From positions 868,001-932,000 of the forward strand of contig NW_021832231.1 of NCBI RefSeq assembly GCF_006345805.1: 64,000 nt of DNA, given 5' to 3'. Positions 1-11,610 of the stretch are shown piece after piece (the first letter of the stretch is position 1; every line of letters starts with the position of its first letter). Both the position numbers and the translations under genes were made by a program. The stretch comes from Octopus sinensis. Lineage: Eukaryota. The notes beneath the pieces were generated by a model, which was not told the origin of the DNA, searched no databases, and saw only the letters and a list, made by a program, of their open reading frames with translations.

Positions 1-232
1 GCATAATTTTTGCAAAGCGTCTCAGTGTTTGTCTTTGTTTGTATTCTCTGTCGTGACTCATAGGGTTGTTGTCATGTCTCAGGGCACCGTACCAGACTAA
101 ATCTGTTAAAAATTTGTTCAATTTAATTCACTCAGTTTAACTTAGTTTTGTTTGTCTAATCCTTGTTCTTTTATTGAAACTACGTTAATAATTATAACTT
201 CATAATTAGCAACGAAATGTAAACTTAGACTA

Positions 233-700
233 TCAAACAAGTCCCCCACGGTAATTATCGGCACCACACGTGCACATGATGACTCTCTCAGGGACACTCC
301 CACTTTGGTAATTATATTCCCAACGCAGCTCAGTCCAGGGGACCAAATCCATACAAAACTGAGCAAAGAATATTCACCGAGATGTGAAATAGGAATTATA
401 GGGAACCCACAAATCGTGCAAATCAACAAATACACACTGGACAACTGTGGTACCATGTGACAGGCAAGCATGGTGAATCTGCCCACGTTTTTTGTCATTT
501 TTGAGTTTATTCTTCCCATTTAATGAACGGGTAGACACGTAGCGGTCACATTGTTTCAACCTTTGCTGACTGACAGAACACACTTCAGAAGTGGAGTCGT
601 CCGCGGCAAAGTCGTGACCAATCTCTTATCGCTTTCGTACCACTCAATAAAAACGAGATCTACCAAGTACTCATCTCAGAACATATTCCAGTCATTTGTT
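233..700 (-). pseudogene. SETDB1: Degenerate SETDB1-like H3K9 methyltransferase fragment (SET C-half + post-SET)
   Basis: Minus-strand pieces DEYLVDLVFIEWYESD, INSKMTKNVGRF, HAC, VVQCVFVDLHDLWVPYNSYFTSR and ELRWEYNYQSGSVPERVIMCTCGADNYRGGLV* follow the order of the SETDB1 C-terminus. They lie in different frames and canonical introns do not join them; no upstream pre-SET/MBD/Tudor region was recognised. Left boundary is the stop codon; right boundary is approximate. Confidence 0.65.
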
Positions 701-1220
701 GCCGAGGTATTAACGACCATACAGTTTCTGCGTTTTTTTCTTTGGCATCGCGTCGTCTTTTGCGACACAAATTAGGGCATAGATGTTTACTGTATATCAA
801 ACTTAATTACAAAAGGTTGAAGAGAGAAAACGATCTTTCCAAAAATAGATCAGCTTTTTCAGTCAACTGCAGTTGCTAGTTTTTTTGCAGTTCAGGAGAA
901 TGTGAGGGAAGTAATCAGTTCACAATATATAAAGGCGTAAAAACTCCAACGAGACTCGTCATCTTCTCCAAAAAGTCTCATTGGCAATCGTCCGGGAGTG
1001 CAGCCAGGCAATTCGATATAATTTTTGTCTGTGGTTATTAAATGTTATGTAATTAAAAAAATTGATTTGATAAGGAGTTGTAACGTAAAATTGGGTTTTC
1101 AAAAAATTAACACAAATAAAACTCTTAATTTAAATAAAATTGATTTTATCTTTGAATGTATAAAAATTTATTTATAAAAAGTAAATTTTAATAAATAAAA
1201 TAAACTTGTTTGTGTGGTGG

Positions 1221-2567
1221 ATGAGTTCAGAAATAAACGAGCTAATTGAGAACATTAGCATTGCAAGGGATAAACTTGTTTTTACCAAACACTTCACGAG
1301 AGACTATCATCAAATTAACTCCCAGCTGAGTCCAGTCATACAAGACCTCAAAAAAAGTAACTAAAAAGTCTAAATGTAAGAAGTGGAAATGGGAATCACG
1401 GCGATGGACCTGGACACGTGCAATCTCATCCAAAAAGCGGTCGGACCCCTTTTTAGATCCGTAAATGTGGCCACAAGGAAGCACAAGGATGCTTATAATA
1501 TAATTAATAAATCATTTAAAAATAGTAGAAAAGTATTAATAAAATTAACAAAAATAGTATTTCGACAGTGATATACACAAAATCGTGAAAGGAGCATTCG
1601 ACAGCCATCTCCCAAAGATGAGGATCCACCAAGTCCTGCTCAACCACCTCATAATGTCAGGCAAGACCGAACTAGTCCACATTCTGTCGAAAGTAGTGGA
1701 GGGGTGACATTGAAGGAACTCGACCTTGAGTGGGACGAAGGACTGGTGAGGATGTACATGGACATAAACAAGATAAGTGAGGACATCAGCAACCGGGACT
1801 CCACTTCTCTAGTAAAGTAAGCAGATGGGTCATGCCAGTTGGATAAACCACAACTCGGACAGTCTCATTCGAGTTGGCTCTAAATTGTCGACTTGTCTCG
1901 TCAAATTGAAATGTTTGGAGCTTTTTCTCAGCAATCAAATCGTCGAGTTTTTCAGTTTTTGCAGAAATGCTTTTTCTGAGCAGGACGTCTGCGAAGGTTG
2001 TAGGTGTGGGGGACGTAGATTTGAGTCACCACATCAAGCGGCTGTTGGGGTTCCTCATCACAGGCAAGTCTGCACTCAGTGAGCAGTTGAGGGACGAGAT
2101 TTGGTGGGAGATCAACGGCGAGTTCTGTCGGTCGGCCAATCTGATTCTGCAGGGAAAGCAGGACTCGGCTCTTCTCCCAATGTAGGGTGTGCTCAGAGTG
2201 TAGTCTCCAGGTGGGGATTCGTGCAGTCGAGCCTCTCCTCAACTTCACACGGCAATATGAATCGACGAGGCAGATGAAGTATGAGAGCAATGTCCTGCCT
2301 GTTTGGAGGTGTATTGACTGGTAGGTTGACCTCAAACTGCACCACAAGTTCCAGTTCCACTCGATGTATATTTGCTCGGTGTTGAAGGAGCCGTGCACTG
2401 CCGACAATCCCCCCATGAGGCTGAGTTGTGGGCACTTGATATCGCGGAATGGGATGACTTCCATTCTCGTGGGGGAAAAGTTTGTGTGGCTGTCCATGTG
2501 TAGTGTCAAATGCCCATATTGCCCTGTCGTCTCCAAGAAGTCGGATTTGATTGAAATTCAGATATAA
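1221..2567 (+). CDS. RMND5: RMND5/GID2 CTLH-complex RING E3 ligase subunit, multi-exon
   Basis: Spliced product contains KHKDAY..YFDSDI and the C-terminal FHSMYICSVLKEPCTADNPPMRLSCGHLISR...VKCPYCP degenerate RING. Several 22-33 nt GT-AG introns. Start codon uncertain. Confidence 0.85.
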
Positions 2568-2660
2568 TCATTGATTCTATTAATACAATTTTATTGATAT
2601 ATTTATTCTAGATTATAAAATAATTAATATAAAATAATACAACGAGTGTTAACATTGTTC

Positions 2661-3620
2661 ATGTTAGACCCTATTAAAGTAAATATTTATTCTCTATAAA
2701 AGGTAAAAGAAGCAGTCTCTGCCCTCTTAGACTATAATAAGAACTCCAATAAATCCCAACACAATTTATTCAACACTAATTCAGCTGCCAGAATATTTCT
2801 CCAATTCAGCCTCAAGAAGTCAGTTCAGTCCTCCAACATCAAACTTCTATTCCGCCTCCCAAATCGAGTCCTTCCCTCCAACTCCCAGATTTGTCTCTTC
2901 CATCGGGATATCGTCAATTCTGCGAGGGACTACTCCCAAACCATCGAGTCGGTCAAGTCACATTTATCAGGCCAGGACTACGACATTGAAGTGAATTTGG
3001 TAGACTCACTCTTTAGGTGTTTCCGATGGAGAAATTAAAACAGGAGTTCATTCCCTTCGAGGCAAAGAGGAATTTAGCTGCCAGTTTTGACGTGTTTTGG
3101 GTTGATAAGGCCATTGCCCTCCACGTGAGGAACTTTATTGGCTCAAAGTTCAGTGCTTCTGGGAGGTTATTCCACTGTGTGAGTAATTGTGATAGAATTC
3201 CAATCCCAGTCGACATGTCTGCCCGTGCCAGCATAAGCAGGGAGATTAGACGGGCTTCTCGTTCGACATGTTGTGTGATTCGTGCGGGATCTTCCACTTG
3301 GTAGGGGTTATGATTCATTTGGCATTAGTTCGGTTGTTGTGTCCAGTTTTGAGTCGAGTGTTGACCAAATTGTGGAGAATATTGTCGAGGCTGTTAATCA
3401 ACTGGGCAATAAGATTCCTGGCGGGCGCGGAAATATCAAAATTGTGGGTGTTAAGTTGGGAAAGTCACCGTTTTTGCCGTTTTACATTGATGCCACTGAT
3501 TTTGATGGTTCTGTTGACAAGAAGGGTGGTGAACGAGTTGAGTTGGCAGTTGGGGAGTTGTCCACCTTGTCTGACGGGTTGCTCGCAGTCTATTCTAACG
3601 GGGATGTCGAAATTGTTTGA
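2661..3620 (+). CDS. RSL1D1: Ribosomal L1 domain-containing protein 1
   Basis: Four introns (24, 26, 30, 28 nt) give a continuous ORF with VKEAVSALL, KLKQEFIPFEAKRNLAASFDVFWVD, IVENI and KLGKSPFLPFY, typical of RSL1D1/Utp30. Confidence 0.85.
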
Positions 3621-4279
3621 TTATTTTATCTTGAATATTTTTGTTTTTACCAAAAACTGAATATTTGTTAGTTAGTTGGCTACCCCAGCTTTTTTAGCAT
3701 GTACGAAGACGGCTGCAATCAGGTAGCGAGAAGCAGAGATTGGGCGCTGCTAGAGATCTCCATAGGCGGTGAAAGGTGAGGCGATCCAGGACAGGAAAAG
3801 TGGTCTTTTTGGGTGAAGGAGTGGTTTGTTTCAAAAATGAGTGAATGATGTTTCAAGCGAAGTTGTGCAAGTTGGACACAGATTGCTTTGAATGGTGTAC
3901 TGGTGGCGGGGGGAATCAAGAAGTTTGTTATTTTAGAGCATCCTGATAGCACGAAATGAGATGTAATTATGAATTAGTTTCTTCCCAGTTTTCCCATTGT
4001 TCGTTAAGAGAGACATTTTCATTGATTGGCCAGAGTAGTGATAATATGTCTTTTGTTTTCTGAAATAGAGATTTTGTGGCATGGATTAGATAGTTCTTGT
4101 ATTTCATGGAGAAATTGGAGTCCTCTCATCACCAAATGGTCTTCGACCGGAAGGATAAAAAATTCCCAATAAAGATGATTGATGAGAGTAGCCAGTTTTG
4201 GATTCTTTGGAGAAAAAAATTGTTTATAATATATTTTAAGTCATGAATTTTTTTATTGAAATTGCTTTTATCGTGGTAA

Positions 4280-5049
4280 ATGTTGACACCATTCGTGCCT
4301 GCTGTTCGGTCTGTGTATGATCATGTCTACGAGCCCAACACAGACACGTTCTTTATGATGGACGCTCTCGAGAGTGAACTCCCTCTCATCACAAAACTAA
4401 AGTGATGCAAATACTCATAGGCAGACCATTCGTTTGCTTAGAGGTCGGGACTGGGAGTGGCTCAATAATAACTTCACTGGGGAAATACCTGGGGGGTCTC
4501 TCCAGTTATGTGTAAAATACATGGCTATAACATAGTTGTTGTGACATTAACCCAATGGCCTGTTCTCTCGCCTCTAAAACGTCGAATTATAACAAAGTGG
4601 CAGTCGACTGCGTTCGTGCTGACTTGGTAGTATTCTATTTATTAGTAGCTCTCCTGTTTTTCTGGGAATCCTTCTCTTTCTTCCGTGGATTTGATCATTT
4701 TCAATCCGCCTTACGTGGAAACCGACGATCTGGAAAAAGTACTCAGCTAGTCTTATTGCAGCCTGATGTCCCGGGAATCGAGTTTTCATATGCTGGGGGG
4801 CCTCATGGAAGGACAGTAATCGACCGAATATTGCCAATGGTGGACCAATGTCTGTCGGAGCATGGCTTGTTTTATTTGCTGACTATTTCATATAACAATA
4901 ATGGTGTTCTTGTGTGGTAATGTTCAGATCAAGTTCGCCTGATTATGAAGACATTCGGCTTTGGTTCTCAAATTGTTCGGTCGGCCTATGTTTCGGGGGA
5001 GAGACTGACAGTCACCAAATATTACAGAAATAATGTTTTTAACAGATAA
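4280..5049 (+). CDS. N6AMT1: HemK-family methyltransferase N6AMT1/HEMK2
   Basis: Five 22-24 nt GT-AG introns; motifs VYEPNTDTFFMMDALE, CLEVGTGSG, DLIIFNPPYV and YAGGPHGRTVIDR. Confidence 0.92.
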
Positions 5050-5186
5050 CTTTTCTCCATTTGTACTATCAATTTGGTCAGGGGTTGGCAAAAGCTGGCT
5101 CATGTGGCTCTTTAAGTAGGCTCTTTTAATTTTGTTGTTTTTATGCCTATTTATTTGTTTTTATGTATGATTTTTGTAGGTTTAAC

Positions 5187-6070
5187 TCATCTCAAGTGTT
5201 CTGTCTGATGAGTTTGCTGTGAGTGTTGGAGTACGCCCCTCCTGGGTTTGATTTTAAAGGAAGCAACTTTCCAGGTTGAGGGTCTGACTCTTCGGCAAGA
5301 CACAGTCACATATTTTCCCGGATCAACAAATTTAGCGTAGCTTTATGTGGTCTATCGAGTCAGTTGGATAGATTAATTCAATTGATTTGGAAACCTTCGA
5401 GGGACACCTAATGTTTACAGAAAAATGACTATTAGAACCTCTACTCCGGTGATATCCTCGTCCAGGACAGTGCACTTTTCCTGGATCAACTTTTCCCTGA
5501 AGAAATTCCTCATCTTATAGAAGTGTTGCAATCCGACTACCTTCAGGTGCAGACTTGCGTGGGCTCGTGAGAAGATTACCGAAGGAAAAAGAGGTCGCTT
5601 GCGAGGTGGATCGAAGGTCACAGGATTAATTAGTTCGGTTAATGGCATTTTCTCAATGGCCAAAGTAGAAGTCCACTAGATTAGGTTAAGTTATCTTCTG
5701 CGGCAAACCCTTGTTCGGCTGCAAACCACGCCGAAAAGATCAAAATACAAAAATATTCTTCGCTCGCAGACCGCTACCGCGTTACGGCAATCGCCCTGGA
5801 GACCGCTGGAGTTGCAGGAAAGGAGACTGACTCGTTCCTCAAAGAGGTCGGGAAGTCCATCGGGAGGAGGCTCAAGGACTCGAGAGAGGGCCTCTGGTTC
5901 CGCCAGCGCATCGGCCTGGCCATTGTTCGGGGCAACGCACACTGCGTCCTCGCCGCTGGAACTTAACGATTTTCGGTGTTAGTTGTTTTTGTAAATAAAA
6001 AAAAAATTGCGTAATAAAAAAAAAAAAAAAGTTATCCAATTCGGTTGTGTTTGACTCTTGAAAATCTCAT
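5187..6070 (-). CDS. Uncharacterised protein (N-terminus resembles a mitochondrial presequence); intron 1 carries a retroelement insertion
   Basis: ATG AGA TTT TCA AGA (6070-6056) splices in frame across GT..AG (6055-5676) to ORF 5415-5663, giving MRFSRWTSTLAIEKMPL... The 3' exons and stop are not resolved. Confidence 0.4.
5696..6028 (+). mobile_element. 5'-truncated CRE-like non-LTR retrotransposon with poly(A) tail and 8-bp TSD
   Basis: Plus frame reads AEKIKIQKY..IALETAGVAG..WFRQRIGLAIVRGNAHCV* (RLE endonuclease C-terminus), followed by A-rich tails. Direct repeat AAGTTATC at 5688-5695 and 6029-6036. Confidence 0.8.
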
Positions 6071-6269
6071 AAGCCAGTAAAATGGAAATCTCAAGCTTTG
6101 ATAAAATAATCTTTAAGCAAATATTTTCAGGAAAGTAATCCGTCCCATAACATTTCCAAACCTCTAAATTATTTTGATTAATAAGGCATTCCAGAAAGAT
6201 TTTATTTTTTATTCCCAATTTGTTGTTTCATTATTTTAGTATAGCAGTTGTCATAATTTTAGTCTTACT

Positions 6270-6900
6270 GAAAGTTAGAAACCAGAGACGGCGTTCTCTT
6301 CTAAGAATTTCAGAATCAACTCCATGATTGATGTTCGTGGCTTCAATTTTCATTTCAGCATTCGATACAGTATCTAATTTAGACATGATCATAAATATTG
6401 AATAAGATGGGAGATAATAAGCAACCTTGTGTTACGTTTTTACCAATTTTGAACCAGTCGGTATCTCCATACACTGTTTTAACAGTAGCTTTTTGATGCT
6501 TATAAAAAGATTTGATAAACAATATCAGATGGACATCAAATCCAAATTCTTTTAAAGCAAACCACAGCTTGTTGTGTATAAGGAATCAAAACCTTTCCGA
6601 TAGTCAATGAAACACACGTATGCACTCTTTTGGGATTCGTGAGTTTTCTTTATGATCTAATCGGACATTTGCTATATGGTCAAGTGTACCTTGTCCCTTT
6701 CTGAATCAACTTTGACGTAAAACATTTCGGCATTTGGCATTAGACGATGTTGTATTATCCTAAAATTATTTTGCTGACGTGAGGCATTCAGGCTACTGTA
6801 CGATAGTTTGAGTAGTCCTGTTATTGTCTTTTTTCAGTATTGAAATAAATATAAATCTTTTCCACTCTGCCTAAATTCAAATTTCCCAAATTTACAAGAT
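6270..6900 (-). mobile_element. RTE-clade LINE reverse transcriptase remnant
   Basis: Broken minus-strand frames FRKGQGTLDHIANVR, CFIDYRKGFDS and NVTQGCLLSPILFNIY, with stops and frameshifts. Boundaries approximate. Confidence 0.75.
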
Positions 6901-6979
6901 ATTTTACATTCTTATAAACTAAGTCAATATTTGGAAAAAAAGATCTTTATTATTTAAAAGAAACTAATTTAATAATTAA

Positions 6980-7350
6980 TTACCTAACTAAATCCAGAGC
7001 CTTCAAAGTAAGCAGAGGATGGCCTTCCACGCACCTCCTTCTTTTCTTCCTCCTCTTCTCTGGCACTGTAGACCTTCGAAAAGGTGCAATCAAGCAAGGA
7101 ATTTCAGGAAAGGACTGGATCGGCGAGCATCAAACGAGACACTCTTCAGAATCCTCTTACGAACATTTGACTGCATATAAGCCTGTAGAGACTTATCTAC
7201 ACCAACCTGTCTTAAATATTCCTTGTGGTATTTAATGACCAGTCCATCCCATATCATCACACACGGAATGACATGGACTTTACACTAGTATCAGCCCTAG
7301 CTCGTTTTCAAGGAGGTCATACTTCTTTGGAAGAAGATAATCAAACTATA
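6980..7350 (-). mobile_element. R2/NeSL-like (RLE) retrotransposon 3' remnant
   Basis: KKYDLLENELGLI / CKVHVIPCVMIWDGLVIKYHKEYLRQ...AYMQSNVRKRILKSVSFD with a 1-nt frameshift; same family as 50960-51684. Confidence 0.75.
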
Positions 7351-7511
7351 AATAAAATTTATTTTAAAAATCTTCTTTTTTATATAAGGGAATACAGATA
7401 GATTCAAATTGAATGTTTAAATATTTATAGGTTTCGGGATTTTTGAAAGAAAAGGCAGCTGCATCGTTCGTTTTAAATCCTCTATGTGATAAAGTAAGCA
7501 CTTAGAACTTA

Positions 7512-7715
7512 TTGCCATTTAAAATCAACGCAGCTGAGTTCAAAATGGAACAATTGGACTTGACATGTAAAGAATTATGGGGATCAAAGTTTATTTGTCT
7601 TTCAGATAAACTTGAAACCTTGGAAAAGAAAACTTATTCGGTAAAATCAAGAGTGATATCTGTAGATTTGATTTTCAAAACTTTGAGTTTTTTTATTCTT
7701 TTGTGGCCAAAATAA
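7512..7715 (+). mobile_element. Possible hAT (GTF2IRD2/EPM2AIP1-like) transposase remnant
   Basis: EFKMEQLDLTCKELWGSKF resembles the ELIDLQC...W..KF segment of these transposases; no terminal repeats found. Confidence 0.3.
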
Positions 7716-7840
7716 ATATTTGCGATTATCAAGTTTGATTGAGTGCGTGACTGACACTATTTAAGGTTAAGTGGCGCTGACCAATGACAATGGTCATGCC
7801 TAAATGGGTCTTTTTACACTTAGATGTATTTAGACGTGCA

Positions 7841-8142
7841 ATGAAAACACTTCAGACCATCGGAGTCACCATCTTAAGGAATGTTTATTTTGTATAATTC
7901 TAGTGTGAACAAAACACGGAACTCATTTACACAAATGATGTACATGCTGATGGATTGACGAGGGAGTACTTGGAGAATTCAAACTTACTGTCTGTTTCTG
8001 TAATTTATAATAGTGCTGAAATATTCTGTCCCATTAACGTCTCTCCAGATAATTTGGCTCTACTGTCTAAAATTTTTTAATAGTTTTTAGATCCGAGGAT
8101 CCTGTCTTCGCTCAATTAGTTCGCCAAGGAAAGAAATTTTAA
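7841..8142 (+). CDS. Putative small uncharacterised gene, convergent with VAChT
   Basis: ATG at 7841; GT-AG introns at 7883-7903 (21 nt) and 8065-8090 (26 nt) give an open frame ending SEDPVFAQLVRQGKKF*. No homolog recognised. Confidence 0.4.
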
Positions 8143-8355
8143 CTTGATTTCCTTTTTTGATTTTTTGGGTTTTAAAATTTTATTTGTTTGGGCGTATTAA
8201 AATTTATATTGTGTGATAAGAGCTTGATAAATTATCAAATTTTGACTTTAAATTTTAATAGTTCATTGTATTTACTAAATTTTTTTTTATAATCGAGTAT
8301 TTTTGCCGCTTGGTCGTAACAGTACAACATTTATTATAGTTAGAATATTAGATTG

Positions 8356-9729
8356 TTAAAAGTCCTCGGCCTGTTCAAAATCAGCTCTGGCGATTTCGAG
8401 CTTGTCGTTTTCTAGGGTGTTATAGTTATGTGTCGGGGACAGAAAATAAAGGACTGGAGCGTAAATAACGTTGGATAGAAAAATTAGGACATTGAGCCAC
8501 ATAAACCCAATCGAGCCCATTACCAGGCCTGCCACGACTGGGCCAAGAGCGTATGCAATTGAATACGAAATGTCGGCAATGGCATAAACACAGCCGTACA
8601 AGCCAGAATATTTCAAATCGACGATTTGGCCCAGAAGTGGCAAAATAGCAGTGTCGACCAGAGCAATACCAAAGCACAGGGACATCAGAGGGAACATCAG
8701 GGACGCGTAAACAGTCGAGAATGGAACTATGAGACACGAAACCCCCTCTATGATGAGGCCAACCATCGCAATCAGCCAATTCTTGTCGGGATATTGCTCG
8801 TTCAATTTGTAGGCAACATACACCCCGAACACGTGAGGGAAAAACGTGGGGAGCCACACCAACCCGATCTCATATTCGGAGGTGCTCATTATTTTGTCCA
8901 TCCAAGTGGATATCGTTGGTTCGAGAAACGCCAGAGATACGTTGGCCAATACAAGACAGAAAGCGCAGATGGCGATGTTTTTGTCGAGGAAGAGACGGTA
9001 AATGGGGGTGTACTGGAAAGACTCGATTCTGCGCCGTCTCGACACCAGGGACGTTCTGACGAAGGGGTAGAGCAGGAGAGCGTCGACAAGGGCGATTAGA
9101 GAGAGCGTGAGGAAGGGGAGTTCCTTCCCGGCGAGTCCATACATGAATCCTCCGAAAGGTGGGGCAACGAGGGACCCGAAGGATATGCATGCAATGGCCA
9201 ACCCCATTGCTCTCGACCGTTCGACTTGATTTTGATAGTTTTCTGCAATCATTGCCAGCGAAGCAGTGTCGGCAAAGGCGGATCCCACTCCTTGGAGAGA
9301 CCGAGCCAGAAATAGAATTCCATACGATTCTCCAAACGCAAAAATTGTGGTGGAAATAAAAATGACGACCAGACCGAACATGAGAGGCAGGTTGTAGCCA
9401 ATTCGGTCCAGCAATGTCCCCGACAAAGGATTGACAAGTAACTGCACAATGGCCTTGGAGGCAAACAGAACGCCGATCTTGAGACTCGTCCCGGAGACTA
9501 TTTCACTACTCGTAGAATTGACAGTCGCGTTGTCGAACTTTTGGATGTAGTTTGGAACGATAGGAATCACGACCATGTAAAGCATGTTATCCAGAAATAG
9601 AGACATGCAGACGATCGTCAAGACCAAATACTTTTGTTTGTCTTCATTTCCGTAGAAATTAGACACTTGTTTCTTCAATGAGTTTACGTTCTTGGAGAAG
9701 AGGCTCTTTACTCTTTCGAGCATATCCAA
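8356..9729 (-). CDS. SLC18A3: Vesicular acetylcholine transporter (MFS), intronless
   Basis: 457-aa single ORF with VAChT-type motifs LDNMLYMVV, IGVLFASKA, SAFADT, ISFGSLVAPPFGG and YAIADISYS. LYMV and FADT distinguish it from VMAT. Confidence 0.97.
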   Translation of the reverse strand: MDMLERVKSLFSKNVNSLKKQVSNFYGNEDKQKYLVLTIVCMSLFLDNMLYMVVIPIVPNYIQKFDNATVNSTSSEIVSGTSLKIGVLFASKAIVQLLVNPLSGTLLDRIGYNLPLMFGLVVIFISTTIFAFGESYGILFLARSLQGVGSAFADTASLAMIAENYQNQVERSRAMGLAIACISFGSLVAPPFGGFMYGLAGKELPFLTLSLIALVDALLLYPFVRTSLVSRRRRIESFQYTPIYRLFLDKNIAICAFCLVLANVSLAFLEPTISTWMDKIMSTSEYEIGLVWLPTFFPHVFGVYVAYKLNEQYPDKNWLIAMVGLIIEGVSCLIVPFSTVYASLMFPLMSLCFGIALVDTAILPLLGQIVDLKYSGLYGCVYAIADISYSIAYALGPVVAGLVMGSIGFMWLNVLIFLSNVIYAPVLYFLSPTHNYNTLENDKLEIARADFEQAEDF

Positions 9730-10170
9730 TAGAAATACGCATCAAATTAAACTAATACTTAATTAATACGTCCAACTATTGATTTCGGTTGGCAATAAAT
9801 TAATTATCACACATCTCCCAATCCGTCCTGAGTCCCACCGGTTTCACAAATTCACGTGTTCTTGAAAAGAATCAAGGTGACAGTCAAATGTGAACTCAAA
9901 GTAGAATTTCCACATGGTGTGGGGAAATAAATTTGATTGAAGAATTATTTAATGTCAATGGTTGAAGATTTGGTGAAGAATTGAATTTTCATTGATAATT
10001 GCCTACTCAATTAAGCTAATTACCCCGATTCCGTCACCTAAACGTCAGATTGTTAATTCATCGCTTCACTTTAGGCTGACTATTTTGACTTTGTGCAGTC
10101 ATTTCTTGATATTTCTGAATATTGTTTATATAAATATTTTCTTGTTCACAATTAAAAAATACGTGATTTA

Positions 10171-11584
10171 ATGGTTATTCTTGTGGCCTCATGTTCTGTT
10201 CCGATGACTGCCACAACCATCGAGGGTTTGTCGACGATGCAAACTTGGTAGAATTCCATACACAGATCACACTTGCAAAGGCCAGATTACAAAATGCGGA
10301 AATCACAGTTCATTTCTCCCACTCCAGCAAGCTCCTATCGGATATGCTCTCCATTTCCGAAATGCTCAAATTCTGTAAAACCGGAAACCTTTTAAAGCTG
10401 AGAAATAGAATAGTACTACTATCCCATATTCCTTAGTCCTACATACAGGCCTCCGTCAACACAAATAAAGAGACTCCTTATTTGTGTAAAGAGTGCAACA
10501 CAACATTGCAAATTAACCATGTGATCCCAATTGACAGCACATTAAATGTGAATGATCTTAATTCCATTTTGGTCGAGGGGCTCTCCGACAAGACAGAGGA
10601 GGCTAGGCGACTGGTTTCCAAATATTATAAGGATGTACGAGCCCCCATTATTTTGAATTAGAAGGGTGTGCTGGTGACGCCCATGTTCTGTCTATATTTG
10701 GTTGAGAATATGACATATTCTATGTGCTATGCCAGAGAGATTGACGAAGACGAGGACTATTTTGGTTGTCATGTTAAATCAGATGGGCAGTCTCAATTCG
10801 TCGATCGCTGCACGAGAAATCTTCAGTTTCCAGGAATTTCCCGGCTTTCAAGAAGGGGAATTGTCTTCTCAGGTCTTCCGCCCGTGAAATGTCTCCACAT
10901 TTGAACATTCCAATCAATCCCCGGTCACAGAAAACTATTCGTGGGGACTTTGAATACTGGCATTATTTGTGTGGTGCTGAAAATGACCGTGGGTGGGGGT
11001 GTGCTTATAGATCTCTCCAAACGATTATTTCCTGGTACATTTTGCAGGGATATTCGGGCCCAAGTGAAGTCCCCAGTATTCGGGAGATTCAAATTGTTTT
11101 ATTTTGTGGTTAGGATCTAGTCATTGGTCGAGATTGGTGACAAGTCTTCTAAATTTGTGGGACAAGAAGAATGGATAGGGTCAACAGAGGTCGGCTTATG
11201 TTTGAATTACTACTTTGATGTTTGTATATCAAAATTTCTTGTTATAGATTGATTATAGAATCCTGCACGTACCAAACGGAAATGGACTCAAAACAATCCT
11301 CAAATCTTTATATCAGCATTTTAGTCAAGTCGGGAGTCCGGTAATGATAGGTTGGTTGCCTTCTAACCCACAGGCGGAGGCCAACTTGCTTATAACATTA
11401 TCGGCGTAGATTCGGCCAAAGGAATGTTCCTTGTTGTTGATCCGCACTGCACCTCCTCGACGCATGTTGACTATTGTTAACCAAATTGGTTTAGAAGGAT
11501 TCCTGTTCGTGGAAGGGAACTGAATTTTTTAAAAAATCTGCTTTTTACAATCTTTGTTTACCCTTAACAAATATATGTTTTTAA
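10171..11584 (+). CDS. UFSP2: Ufm1-specific protease 2
   Basis: C-terminal exons give YWHY...DRGWGCAYRSLQT (catalytic Cys), GDKSSKFVGQEEWIGSTEV, PVMIGGG, DPH and FYNLCLP. The 5' exon structure and start are uncertain. Confidence 0.88.
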
Positions 11585-11610
11585 TTGTTTGTCGTTTTCA
11601 TTTAAATATT

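Noticed and set aside
3699-4245. Coding-like, GC-richer stretch between RSL1D1 and N6AMT1 with GT-AG tracts on the plus strand (e.g. 3963-3988)
   Set aside because: Probably a gene, but I could not build a stop-free model on either strand or recognise a homolog.
7741-8350. Possible ChAT exons downstream of VAChT (LSGETL resembles LGETL)
   Set aside because: Only a 5-residue resemblance, surrounded by stops; the plus-strand model with modal introns fits better.
8426-9464. Long overlapping and antisense ORFs within VAChT
   Set aside because: Shadow ORFs expected from GC-richer coding DNA; no recognisable products.
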